A stretch of DNA of 64,000 nt from an uncultured Hormoscilla sp. (GTDB lineage Bacteria > Cyanobacteriota > Cyanobacteriia > Cyanobacteriales > Desertifilaceae). The DNA is taken from positions 1,792,001 through 1,856,000 of the forward strand of contig OZ001293.3 in NCBI GenBank assembly GCA_963921275.4. The letters are read 5' to 3'. Below, in pieces: positions 23,942-34,328 of the stretch. Under the pieces are notes generated by a model that was given only the letters and a program-made list of their open reading frames with translations, ran no database searches and had not been told where the DNA came from. The position numbers and the translations under genes are program-made. Numbering within the stretch: position 1 is the stretch's first letter; every line of letters starts with the position of its first letter.

Positions 23942-24586
23942 ATGAGAGAGCGTATTCAGCAGCTAATTGAGAACCTAAACCGCACCATTGTGGGTAAAAA
24001 TGATGCCATCCGTTTAGTGCTGGTGTCTATACAAACTCAGTCGGAAATATCAGAAGAAGATCGGACTGAAGAAGATGAGACTGAGTCTTACGAAAAAGCG
24101 AAAGCACGTCAAGCTCAGTTACAACTCGAACTTTGGCACCTGACTGTCGCTCATGCTGTGCAAGGTATTTTGGATTTTGTCAAGATGGCCAAGGTCGCAG
24201 CTGAGGGTCAAGGAATTCCTACAGGAGTGGTATTTTTTCCCTCTGCTAACAAAATGATCGGTCAGGGGTTTGACTCTCGCTTGCAGCCTTGGGATCGGTT
24301 CCCTAGCTCGATGGAATGGCATCCTATGTCTTACGGTGTCTGCGGTAATGCTAGCTGCATTCTATCTGAGGTAAAGCGGGTACTAACTTTGGCTCCCGAT
24401 AACGCCCAGATCCAACCGGTCTTAGCAGGAACTTGGGGGCGATCGCGCAGCAATCGTCCTTCCCTAGAAGCACAAATGCAAAGGATTCGTCAAGTGGCTC
24501 CCCACATCCGCACTGTCAGCCATTTGGCCTATTCTTGGCAAGAACCAGAAATTGACCGCGATCGCATGCTTTGCCAATCGAGGTAA
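23942..24586 (+). pseudogene. Chimera: MoxR ATPase N-terminus joined to the C-terminus of a GH10-like cyanobacterial protein
   Basis: MRERIQQLIENLNRTIVGKNDAIRLVLVS (MoxR start, no Walker A follows), then LWHLTVAHAVQG...FDSRLQPWDRFP...WHPMSYGVCG...SHLAYSWQEP. Confidence 0.6.
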
Positions 24587-24848
24587 TGACCAATTGCTGC
24601 GGGATGCTGATGTAGGTTGGGTTTCGTGCCTCAACCCAAAATCAACAGAGTGCTTACGGTGGGTTAGAATAAGCTAACCCACCCGACAATTAGTAATCTT
24701 ATCTTTCTATGACCAATACCCAACTTCGCCAACAACTCAACGAGGAAATCGATCGACTCTCTCCCGGAGACCTCACTCAACTCCTCGAACTCGCCCGCCA
24801 ACTCCGCCAAACTAGGGAACTCAAACCCGATATAGAGTACGCTATGGC

Positions 24849-25082
24849 TTGGTCGCAGGGGAACATTATCAGGTGATTCGGACAGGTTGGCACAAGGATC
24901 GGCGGATTTATGGATGTTCGATTCATATCGATCTCAAGGGTGACAAGATTTGGATTCAATATGATGGCACTGAGATTGGCATTGCTAATGAGTTGCTCGA
25001 TTGCAATATATCCAAACAGGATATTGTGCTAGCATTTCACGAGCCTTTTGCACGTCAGTTTACAGAGTTTGCTGTAGGCTGA
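24849..25082 (+). pseudogene. xisI: XisI protein, 5'-truncated
   Basis: HYQVIRTGW...RIYGCSIHIDLKGDKIWIQYDGTEIGIANELL...DIVLAFH...FAVG; about 40 N-terminal residues and xisH are absent. Confidence 0.8.
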
Positions 25083-25166
25083 TACTATTTTTATTTAAAG
25101 ATCAATTATTCCAAAAACTGGACGATCCCAATTCGCGGGCGATCGCCTGCGAATTGGGATCGGTAA

Positions 25167-25957
25167 TTTTAATCGATGTCGTCCGGGTTAATTCCCATTT
25201 CGAGTAAACGCTGGACTAATTGTTCAGCCCGTTGGCGTTCATTTTCAGCCCGTTGGCATTCATTTTCAGCCCGTGTTCCGTTTGGGCCTGTTTTTCCAGG
25301 GTTTTGATTTTGGTTTGTTCTTCTTTAATTAATTCCTCCACTAACGGCGGATCGAGCAGTTCTTTTACTGATAAAAATAGCTGCTCAAACTGACCGGAAA
25401 CAATTGACGTATCTTCTGGAAAATCATCAAAACTATATCCTTCTTCCTTGCGAAGATTAGCACAGACTCGAACAACTTTATTTTTCGGGTCTACTATCCA
25501 ATATTCGGGAATTTTCTTCGTATTTATTGCGTTTAATCACATAATATTCCTGGCGATTGCTGCTGACAATTTCTACCAGCATAATTGGCTTTTCATCAAA
25601 ATCAAAAACCCCAGCCCCTGAGCGATCGCTGATTTGCTCCCAAAGACTTTGATGGCAAACGATCGCATCAGGAATTCGGGATGAATTTTCCTCGGTTCTA
25701 ACTCCTACAGTGGTTTTGGCCACCAAAGATAAATTTTGGGCAGCAAAGTAGCGCTGTAACTTGTAGACTAAAAATTCACATATTTTTGTGTGTTCTAGAG
25801 TTGGTGTGGACATCGGTATTAGTTTACCCCTGACTAATTCATAGATAACATCCGGTTCTCCTTCATAGGAGAGATATTCTTGGAAGGTTAACAGATGTTC
25901 CTTTTCTTGAGGTTCATTGATGGCCACCTCCGTTGCTGGGGCGACAGCTTGTGTCAT
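25167..25957 (-). pseudogene. Uma2-family endonuclease, frameshifted tandem duplicate
   Basis: 5' half nearly identical to 26194-27078; frameshift near 25515 after RNKYE and further indels in the 3' repeat region. Confidence 0.85.
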
Positions 25958-26193
25958 ATTCGACCTCCCTTGCGCTCGCGTTCATTGACTATCTTATCTT
26001 AGCTTATTGGACCTCTTGACCGTCAGCACAGTTGGGACGACCAGGTACAGACCTCATTTGCTGCAACACCCTCAACTACCTACAGTTGCGAGGGGTAGTG
26101 CTCCTGATGTAATGATAGCAAATCCACTAACCGTTGTTTCAGTGGGATATAATCATTACTTGTGGAGCGCTACCCTTTGGGAGGAAGGTAATT

Positions 26194-27078
26194 TTAATCG
26201 ATGTCGTCCGGGTTTACTCCCATTTTTAGTAACCGCTGGACTAATTGTTCAGCCCGTTGGCGTTCATTTTCAGCCCGTTGGCGTTCATTTTCAGCCCGTT
26301 GGCGTTCATTTTCAGCCCGTTGGCGTTCATTTTCAGCCCGTTGGCGTTCATTTTCAGCCCGTTGGTGTTCGGTGTCCGCCCGTTGGCGTTCTGAAAGAGC
26401 TTGTTCTTTCAGGGTTTTGATTGTGCTTTGTTCTTCTTTAATTAATTTATCCACCAAGGGCGGTGCGAGCAGTTCTTTCACAGATAAAATTAGCTGCTCA
26501 AACTGACGGGAAACAATTGACTGTTCTGAGGTAAAATCGGCAAGAAAACGATATCCTTCTTCATTGCTAGGATTAGCACAGACCCGAACGAGTTTATTTT
26601 TCGGGTCTACTATCCAATACTCGGCAATTCCAGCCGATTCGTATTCGTTGCGCTTAATCACATAATCTTCCCGGCGATTGCTGCTGACAATTTCCACCAC
26701 CAGAATCGGCTTTTCATCAAAATCAAAAACTCCTGCCCCTGGACGATCGCTTATTTGCTCCCAAAGACTTTGATGGCAAACGATCGCATCAGGAATTCGG
26801 GATGAATTTTCCTCGGTTCTAACTCCTACAGTGGTTTTGGCCACCAAAGATAAATTTTGGGCAGCAAAGTAGCGCTGTAACTTGTAGACTAAAAATTCAC
26901 ATATTTTTGTGTGTTCTAGAGTTGGTGCGGACATCGGTATTAGTTGACCCCTGACTAATTCATAGATAACATCCGGTTCTCCTTCATAGAAGAGATATTC
27001 TTGGAAGGTTAACAGATGTTCCTTTTCTTGAGGTTCATTGATGGCCACCTCCGTTGCTGGGGCGACAGCTTGTGTCAT
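26194..27078 (-). CDS. Uma2-family endonuclease with a C-terminal AENERQR repeat coiled coil
   Basis: SRIPDAIV, VVEIVS, GIAEYWIVDP; 21-bp tandem repeats at about 26245-26390. Confidence 0.92.
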   Translation of the reverse strand: MTQAVAPATEVAINEPQEKEHLLTFQEYLFYEGEPDVIYELVRGQLIPMSAPTLEHTKICEFLVYKLQRYFAAQNLSLVAKTTVGVRTEENSSRIPDAIVCHQSLWEQISDRPGAGVFDFDEKPILVVEIVSSNRREDYVIKRNEYESAGIAEYWIVDPKNKLVRVCANPSNEEGYRFLADFTSEQSIVSRQFEQLILSVKELLAPPLVDKLIKEEQSTIKTLKEQALSERQRADTEHQRAENERQRAENERQRAENERQRAENERQRAENERQRAEQLVQRLLKMGVNPDDID

Positions 27079-28622
27079 ATTCGACCTCCCTTGCGCTCGC
27101 GTTCATTGACTATTATATCTTATCTTAGCTTATTGGACATTTTTCCAGGAAGCCCCAAATACTGTAAACTTCGATCGATGATTTAGGATTGCTAGATGAG
27201 CGGTATTGTCGGTATTCTCAACGGCGACGGTCAACCCATTGACCCCGCCCTGTTACAGCAAATGATGGAGTTGATGGCATTTCGCGGCCCCGATGGCTGG
27301 GATACCTGGAATGACGGTTATGTCGGTTTCGGTCACGCCCTCTTGCGGACTACCTGGGAATCAGCAAAAGAACGGCAACCTCACAGTCTCGATGGGAAAG
27401 TTTGGATTACTGGGGATATCCGCCTGGACTGGCGCGAAGATTTGATTGACCAATTGCGTGCGTCCCGACGGAATCTAGAGAAGGACGTGACGGATGTTGA
27501 CCTGGTTTTGCACGCCTACTAGCTTTGGAAAGATGCTTGTTTGGAACGACTGAGTGGAGATTTTGCCTTTGCTATTTGGGATGGCCCCCAGCAGCGATTG
27601 TTCTGCGCCCGGGACCAGTTTGGGGTCGTACCTTTTTTCTATGCAACAATCGGAAAAAGCCTGATTTTTAGCAATACTCTCAACTGTCTGCGCCTGCACC
27701 CAGAGGTATCGGATAGACTTAATGAAGGGGCGATCGCCGATTTCCTGCTATTTAGCATGAATATGGATATGGCCACGACCACCTTCTTTGCCGATATCCA
27801 AAAGTTGCCCCCCGCCCACACCCTGATTTGGTCAGAGGGCGAGGTGCGCGTCCGGCGTTACTGGCAGTTGCCCGAAGCAGTAGAATACCTGCGTTACCAG
27901 CGCCCAGAAGAATATGTCGAGCAGTTTCGGGAGTTGTTCGAGCGCTCAGTTGCTTCCAGACTGCGAACCAACAGTGCGGGCACTATTTAAGCGGGGGAAT
28001 GGACTCCACCAGTATCGCTGCCACTGCCTATAAATTAATGACAGCAACGGGTTCCCCTGTTGATTTTCGGGCCTACGCGAGTTTCTATAAACAAGTCATT
28101 GCTGACGAGGAAGGGGACTACGCCGCACTGGTCGCTGAGGCGGCGGGTTTTCCTATTGAGTACCTAGTTGTGGAAGACTATTGGCAGCAGCCACCGATCG
28201 AACAACCGGAGTACATCGAATCAGAACCGCTGCTGATTCGCAACCAAAGCGTTGAGATGGAATTGAATCGGCGAGTCGCTGGGCACAGTCGGGTGCTGCT
28301 AGCTGGGTTTGGTGGCGATCCGGCACTTTATCCAGCGCCGTATTCCCAGAATAAGTCGCTTATGCTCAATCCTTTGGGTTACATTCGCTCTCTTCGTGCC
28401 AGGGTGAGGTTACGTACCCGGTTGCGCCAGTGGCTGCGCATAGAGCAGCAAGGGCGGTTCGGCTCCGCTCACCGCGAGCAACAAAAGATTTATTTTCCTG
28501 ACTGGTTTAACCAGATTTCGCAGAACGAGCGAACTTGAAAGCGCGACTGCAAGAAATATTGACTGCGCCACCGCAAAAAGACCGCTACGGAATGGCGACT
28601 GCTCCCTTGTGGTCCAATATTA

Positions 28623-29634
28623 ACTCAAGTTGCGACCTATAAAAATTGGATACAAAAAGCTATGATAAAGAGAATTATTTTCAACTCTAATCCCTTAGAT
28701 GTAACAGCATGAATTGACTTGGGAAACAAATTGGTGATTCGACTAAAACAGGTTTCAACTTGTTTTCTTGTTACTTTTTGTATATATTCAAAACAAGAAT
28801 ATTCTTTTCTTTTTGAGTTCTTTTTTCGCAAAGGTTTTAACATTATACTTGACGACTCTTTTAGTAAATCCTCTAATTGATAATCATTATAAGCTTTATC
28901 TCCATAAACTATTGAATTTGATGGTAAGTCAAAGCCAAAAGATTGCAAAACTTTAAAATCATTATAACTACCAGGATCTAGATAAAATTCTATTGGCTTT
29001 CCATTTTTGTTTACCAACATATGAACTCTTAATCCATAAAAATAACGTTTTTTACTGGCAATATACCCTCGATATTCTTCCTTGTTATAAATTTGGCATC
29101 TATCAATCCTAATATTATCACATACTGGCACCGGGAAACTATCAAGAATATATTCTTGACCCGGATTGAGCTCTTTAAATGTTTGAGCTATAACTTGGAA
29201 GAAAAACATCCAAATTGGTTCCTCAATATTGTGTAATCGACGATTGAACCTACTTTTACTTAACAGATTTTTTATATACTTGTGTTGGACCATAAATTGA
29301 CAAGAGCGATCGTGATGTCCTCCGAAAAAATATGCAGCAACTAATCCGACTGTCATCACTTCGGCATTGTTCATTTTTACTTGTGGATCTTCTTTTATAT
29401 TTAACGCTTTTAGTAGCTCGTCACAAAGAACAAAAATTGTTGTAATCATATCTTCCATCATCTACATCCCCCAGCAATTAACTATTATTTTAGTACATTA
29501 TAACCTATAAACAGCCAACCCGCCGTCTAGCACAAAAAAAATATAATTTTGTATCAAAAGCTACGAAATATCCCAAATATCTGTAAAGTATAAGTGGGTA
29601 ATTCATATTTTTTTTAATAGGTCGCAACTTAGGT
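28623..29634 (-). mobile_element. IS982-family insertion sequence
   Basis: TIRs ACTCAAGTTGCGACCTAT / ATAGGTCGCAACTTAGGT; 7-bp target duplication AATATTA (28616-28622, 29635-29641). Removal restores WSNI-IFAGSDPG. Confidence 0.92.
28637..29461 (-). CDS. IS982-family transposase (apparently intact, 274 aa)
   Basis: SKSRFNRR, ILDSFPVPVC, YFYGLRVH, YGDKAY, RKQVETCFS. Confidence 0.9.
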   Translation of the reverse strand: MMEDMITTIFVLCDELLKALNIKEDPQVKMNNAEVMTVGLVAAYFFGGHHDRSCQFMVQHKYIKNLLSKSRFNRRLHNIEEPIWMFFFQVIAQTFKELNPGQEYILDSFPVPVCDNIRIDRCQIYNKEEYRGYIASKKRYFYGLRVHMLVNKNGKPIEFYLDPGSYNDFKVLQSFGFDLPSNSIVYGDKAYNDYQLEDLLKESSSIMLKPLRKKNSKRKEYSCFEYIQKVTRKQVETCFSRITNLFPKSIHAVTSKGLELKIILFIIAFCIQFL

Positions 29635-30102
29635 AATATTATATTTGCTGGGTCCGATCCGGGCTTCAGTGGCTTTCCTCTTAAAGTTCGCTTTCCGTTT
29701 TTTGATTTGCGTTTGGTGTTATACTTATTGTCAGTGCCGCCAGAACCTTGGTTTGAAAGTAAATTCTTGCTCCGGGAAGCCATGAAAGGCACATTGCCGG
29801 AGTCGGTGCGACGGCGACCCAAAACACCGCTCAGGGGCCGTCCCCGTTATGAATTTGCCAGGCAGCGAGGGGTCGTGCCATGGATGGTAGAACTGGCAAC
29901 TACACCCGCGCTGAGTTATTATGTCAACAGCGATCGCCTGTTGCAAAAAATCAACGCAGTAGAGGAACTCACCCCCGCGAGCTACGATCGAGCGTCATTT
30001 GCTCTGACACTGGCTTACTGGCTGCGCCACCAACGCCGCCCGAAGACCAAGACCAGACCGGTTTGATCGCAAATTTGAAATCAAAAGTAAGGAGAATAAC
30101 CC

Positions 30103-31186
30103 ATGTCTAGAGTAACTAACAACCAAGAGCGTCCATCTAACCAAAAAGATTATCACAGCCCTAAATTGCGGAGTTTCGGCAAGGTTAGCGATCTGACCTT
30201 AACGAATAATCCTGGAGGTGGTTGTGCGATTCGTTCCGGCGTAAACCAGTAATGGTGAAAGTCGGGTCTGGTTCCATTAGCCAGATAACTCTGGTCATCA
30301 TGGGGGTTAAATTCCCCTTCCCCAGGTGCGGGGGTGACACCGGTCCTTAGTGCTGCGGAGCCACATCGCCGTGGTGTGGAGCAAGGACTTAAATGAAGGA
30401 TAAGGTCTCAGCCCAGGGACCGACGCCGCATGGCTGCGCCACGCTGCGCGATCGGAAAGAGGTTCATGGTTAGAACAAGCAAATCCCTGTAAGCATCGTC
30501 ACCACGAACAAGCGAAAAGAGGCTGACACGCTTGGCACAAAATGTGCATGTAGTCCGCGTATCAGTGCTAATCAATCACTGATATCGTACCCGAAACGAC
30601 TGCCGGTGTAGAGGTGAGACCTAAAAGCCTCGTGAAATGATACCAGGGAACGAAGTAACCCCGTGGTGCTGTCCTACCGACGGACAAGTTAGATGTCAAG
30701 CGCAAGCCCACGTGGGAGGGATGTCCTAAGAAGCCAAAGCCTGGGGTAATGCCTAGGATATGCAGACGTAGGACGGATATGGTAAGAAGTTCTGGGAGAT
30801 AGTAGCCCTTAAATGTACTAAACCAGGAGCAATCCTAGGGAGTAATGGTGGATTAAATCCTAACCGGGTAAAAATTCAGAGCCCCAAATATAAGGGACAT
30901 GTAAGTAAAGAGCGGATTTAGTGGTTTACTGGTTTACCCCCGCAAACCTTCCGGAGTTAGGTAGCTAACGGCTCCACGACTGACCATAAGGGGCAAAATT
31001 TCATAGGACAAGGGACAATGGGAGTAATCCAAAAGTTACCTGCCTATGACAAGGGCTTATCAACCAGTAGCCGTGTGCGGTTCCAGTCGCTCTTCAGGTT
31101 TCGCTCTTGGAGGGTTGGTACGTGAGTACCAGTTCGACCCCGACCCCTCTGATGATGGTTTGGGGATCGCGATTTACAATTCCTAA
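30103..31186 (+). CDS. Lasso peptide precursor (53 aa after intron removal; exon 1 30103-30223, exon 2 31146-31186)
   Basis: AAGGAG RBS, directly downstream of the cyclase. MSRVTNNQERPSNQKDYHSPKLRSFGKVSDLTLTNNPGGG-SSDDGLGIAIYNS contains the YxxPxLxxxGxxxxxT leader motif. Confidence 0.8.
30224..31145 (+). mobile_element. ORF-less group IIB intron (922 nt) in the lasso precursor; domain V degenerate
   Basis: Starts GTGCGATTCGTTCC; first ~150 nt nearly identical to the eno intron. EBS1 AATCAA (30570-30575) pairs 5/6 with GTGGTT. Domain V reads TAGCCGTGTGCGGTTCCAGTCGCTCTTCAGGTTT; ends TTCGACCCCGACC. Confidence 0.92.
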
Positions 31187-31199
31187 CAGCAAAATCTGA

Positions 31200-34100
31200 A
31201 TGCCTTATCAACCAAAAGTCAGCAAGCCCATGCCCAGAAGGATTCTGTTGGCGAATTAGCTGGGGAGCTAACAGCTAGCATCGGTTAGGTTTTGGCAGCA
31301 TGCAATAGAGCCCCAAGCGCAGTTAATTCTGCCAGCAGCTGACGGTACAGGAACCCAAGTCACCCCCAAAGGCAATCAATTAAACATTCACGGAGGTCAG
31401 CTATCCAGAGATGAAGCAAATCTGTTCCACATGAGAAATTTAACCTCAGTGAAGGATAGATAGCCAACTTTCTGGCGAACCCCAATATCCGCAATATTTT
31501 GGGGCGAGTTACAGGGGGCGAAGCATCCATTATTAATGGCTTAATCCAAGTTACAGGCGGTAACTCCAACCTATTTTTACTCAACCCAGCAGGGATTATC
31601 TTCGGTCCCAATGCCAGTCTGAACGTGCCAGCTGCCTTCATCCCCACCACAGCTACAGGAATTCGCTTTGGCAGACAGAACTGGTTCAATGCCGAAGGGG
31701 ACAAGAATTGGTCTGAGTTAGTGGGAAACCCCGACTTCTTGAGGTTTAACAGTAGGAGTATAGAAAGTTTTCTCCAACAAGGGATTCTGAGAGTTAGGCA
31801 AGGAGAGGCTTTAATCGTAGAAACGCCAAGAGGGGCGATCGAATTACAAAAAGTTCCTGGTGAAAACTTAGTCCGCATCACAGCTAAAGGAAGCAGACTG
31901 AGTTTAGAGATTCCACTATCAGACTTTTATGACTCTCAGCTTTCCATAGGACGACCTCAGCAGTCTCTCCCGAAATTGCTGACTGGCGGCAGAGTTAACC
32001 GTCATGCTGACAAGGTAAGAGTTAATGAAAATGGACAAATAGCATTAACTGGTTCTGGTATTTCAGGAAGACAAGAACCCTTTGCTGTGAGGGAAGTAGA
32101 ATCGCGAAGAGTACCAGTCATCATGTCGGAGTTCCCGAAAAACATGGCTGACGATCCCGTTATGGATACAGAACTCCGCTCAGGTGGGAGGCGTTCTGAG
32201 ATGACCAAACCATCTTCGGCAGAAATGAGTTCGCGCCCAAATAACATTAATAATCTAGACCGTAGCGCCCGTACAATTGATAGAGAACCTATTCTATTTA
32301 TCCCAGACATGAGGGATTCAGATTACTTATTGAGGCAGGACAGAAGTATTAGCGATCGCATCCGTCCGAGGCAGCAGCATGAGAGAGGAGATCGACATCG
32401 ACAAGGTGCTGGTTTGGGGATAACCAGACTACCAGAAATTATCGACGGCCAGATTAATATTCCTAAATTAGACCGTCACCCCCGTCAAATAAATAAACAA
32501 CCTATCCCATTTTATGCGGAATCACTGCCATTTGAGGCAGTTGGTGACTTCATTAACCGCAATGCTAACGATGGAACAGTAGAATTAACGGCAATTCTCA
32601 TAATCTTACCTAAATTATATTTCTTGGTCGAGGCGAACGAGATTGGTAATGTCGGCGAAATATTCAATCAATCTAATAGAGAAACTGTCCCATTTACTGC
32701 CGATCGAGCGATATCATTGCCAAGACTTAACTTGAGCAACAGTCAGGTTAACAACGAGACAGTTTCTCTTCAATGATAATCAGGATTGACGGTTTCTAGG
32801 ATACCCGAAATACTTGAATATGGAAGTGAAAATATTGTATTTTATAATGGCAGCAAAGTGACAAGCGTTGATAATCTAGACAATAGTTACCGTCAATTTA
32901 ATGGAGAATTTGTCCCCTTTATCGTCAGAGGCTACCCCGCCACAGAAGCAACTGATCGGGCGTCTCTTAGGAATTCGGGCAAGCTGGCATCCAAAATTGA
33001 AGTGCGAGTGAGTGCTACAGAAATAAGCAATAGACTGAACCTCAGCAATCCTGAGATGGGAATAATGGAAATAGAAGGACTCTGGAGTAACCAATTCATG
33101 AATTACTTTGGAGAAAAGATTCCGGAAATAAAAACATATACCAGTATTAAAGAGATGCTGGGTAAAATAGAAAAGCAAACAGGACAAAAGCCAGCAATTG
33201 TTTATGCGATAGCCTCACCATAACAATTAACAATGATGGCAGTTTTTCCAGGCAAAACTATAGTCAAAAGCGTCCCAGTCAGAAAGAACTGCTCAGAACA
33301 GCAAGAGAATTTCGCACCTTGGTTAGCAATCCTCGGATCGAATTCTACAAGCAATCAGCCCATAAACTCTATAATTGGCTAATAAAACCCATAGAAAACC
33401 AGCTGCAAGCCGAAGGAATCAACACCCTAGTGTTCTCCCTAGATGCAGGATTACGCTCATTACCCTTAGCAGCTTTACATGATGGGCAAAAGTTTCTAGT
33501 AGAAAAATATAGCATCTCCCTGATACCATCAGTGAGTTTAACCGATGCTAGCTATAGCGGACTAGAAAATACCCAACTATTGGCAATGGGAGCATCAGAA
33601 TTTACCAACCAACAAACCCTGCCAGCAGTGCCAGTAAAATTAGCAGCGATCGCCTCCATCTGGCAAGAAGACAAAACCTATTTCCTCAACCAAGAATTCA
33701 CTCTCCCTAATCTTAAGGCTCAGCGCCGCCAACATCAGATCGTACATTTAGCAACCCATGCCGACTTTCGCGATCGGGACTATTCCTTCATCCAGTTGTG
33801 GGACACCAAGCTAAAATTAGAGCAACTCAGGGAATTAAAATGGCACGAAAGCTCAACAGTAGAACTATTAGTATTAAGTGTTTGCCGTACAGCAATTGGA
33901 GATGAAGAGACAGAATTAGGCTTTGCCGGGTTAGCAGTACAAGCAGGAGTAAAATCAGTGCTAGCCAGTTTATGGCTAGTCAGCGATGCAGGCACCCTAG
34001 GTTAATGACAGAATTTTACCAGCATCTGCGTTCCACACTCATCAAAGCCACCGCCCTACAGCAGGCGCAAATAGCCATGATCGGAGGAGAAGTGAAGCCT

Positions 34101-34217
34101 GGGTTCCAAAAAGACACCTTGCCACCAGAACTGGCAAGGCGTCTCGGGAATGAAAACATAGATTTATCCCATCCATCTTACTGGGCAGAATTTACGCTGA
34201 TTGGCAGCCCTTGGTGA
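31200..34217 (+). pseudogene. Filamentous-haemagglutinin N-terminal / CHAT-domain protein, fragmented
   Basis: GRVTGGEASIINGLIQVTGGNSNLFLLNPAGIIFGPNASLNVP; later LRSLPLAALHDG, VHLATHADF, LLVLSVCRTA, ASLWLVSD, HPSYWAEFTLIGSPW. Multiple stops and frameshifts. Confidence 0.85.
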
Positions 34218-34328
34218 CGGGATCCTGTCCAGATAAGTAACGGATGGGTATTTTTGCTCTCAAGCATAATCACCTGCTATAGCCGATGGTACTGACAACT
34301 CACAACTGACCACTAACAATTAACACCA

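Larger units (their letters stand above)
27196..30066 (+). pseudogene. Lasso peptide cyclase (asparagine synthetase-like), inactivated
   Basis: MSGIVG start (lacks the catalytic Cys of AsnB), GDFAFAIWD, ARDQFG, LSGGMDSTS, GFGGD, RFPFFDLRLV, KFLLREAM. TAG at 27520, frameshifts near 27985 and 28510, IS982 at 28623-29634. Confidence 0.85.
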
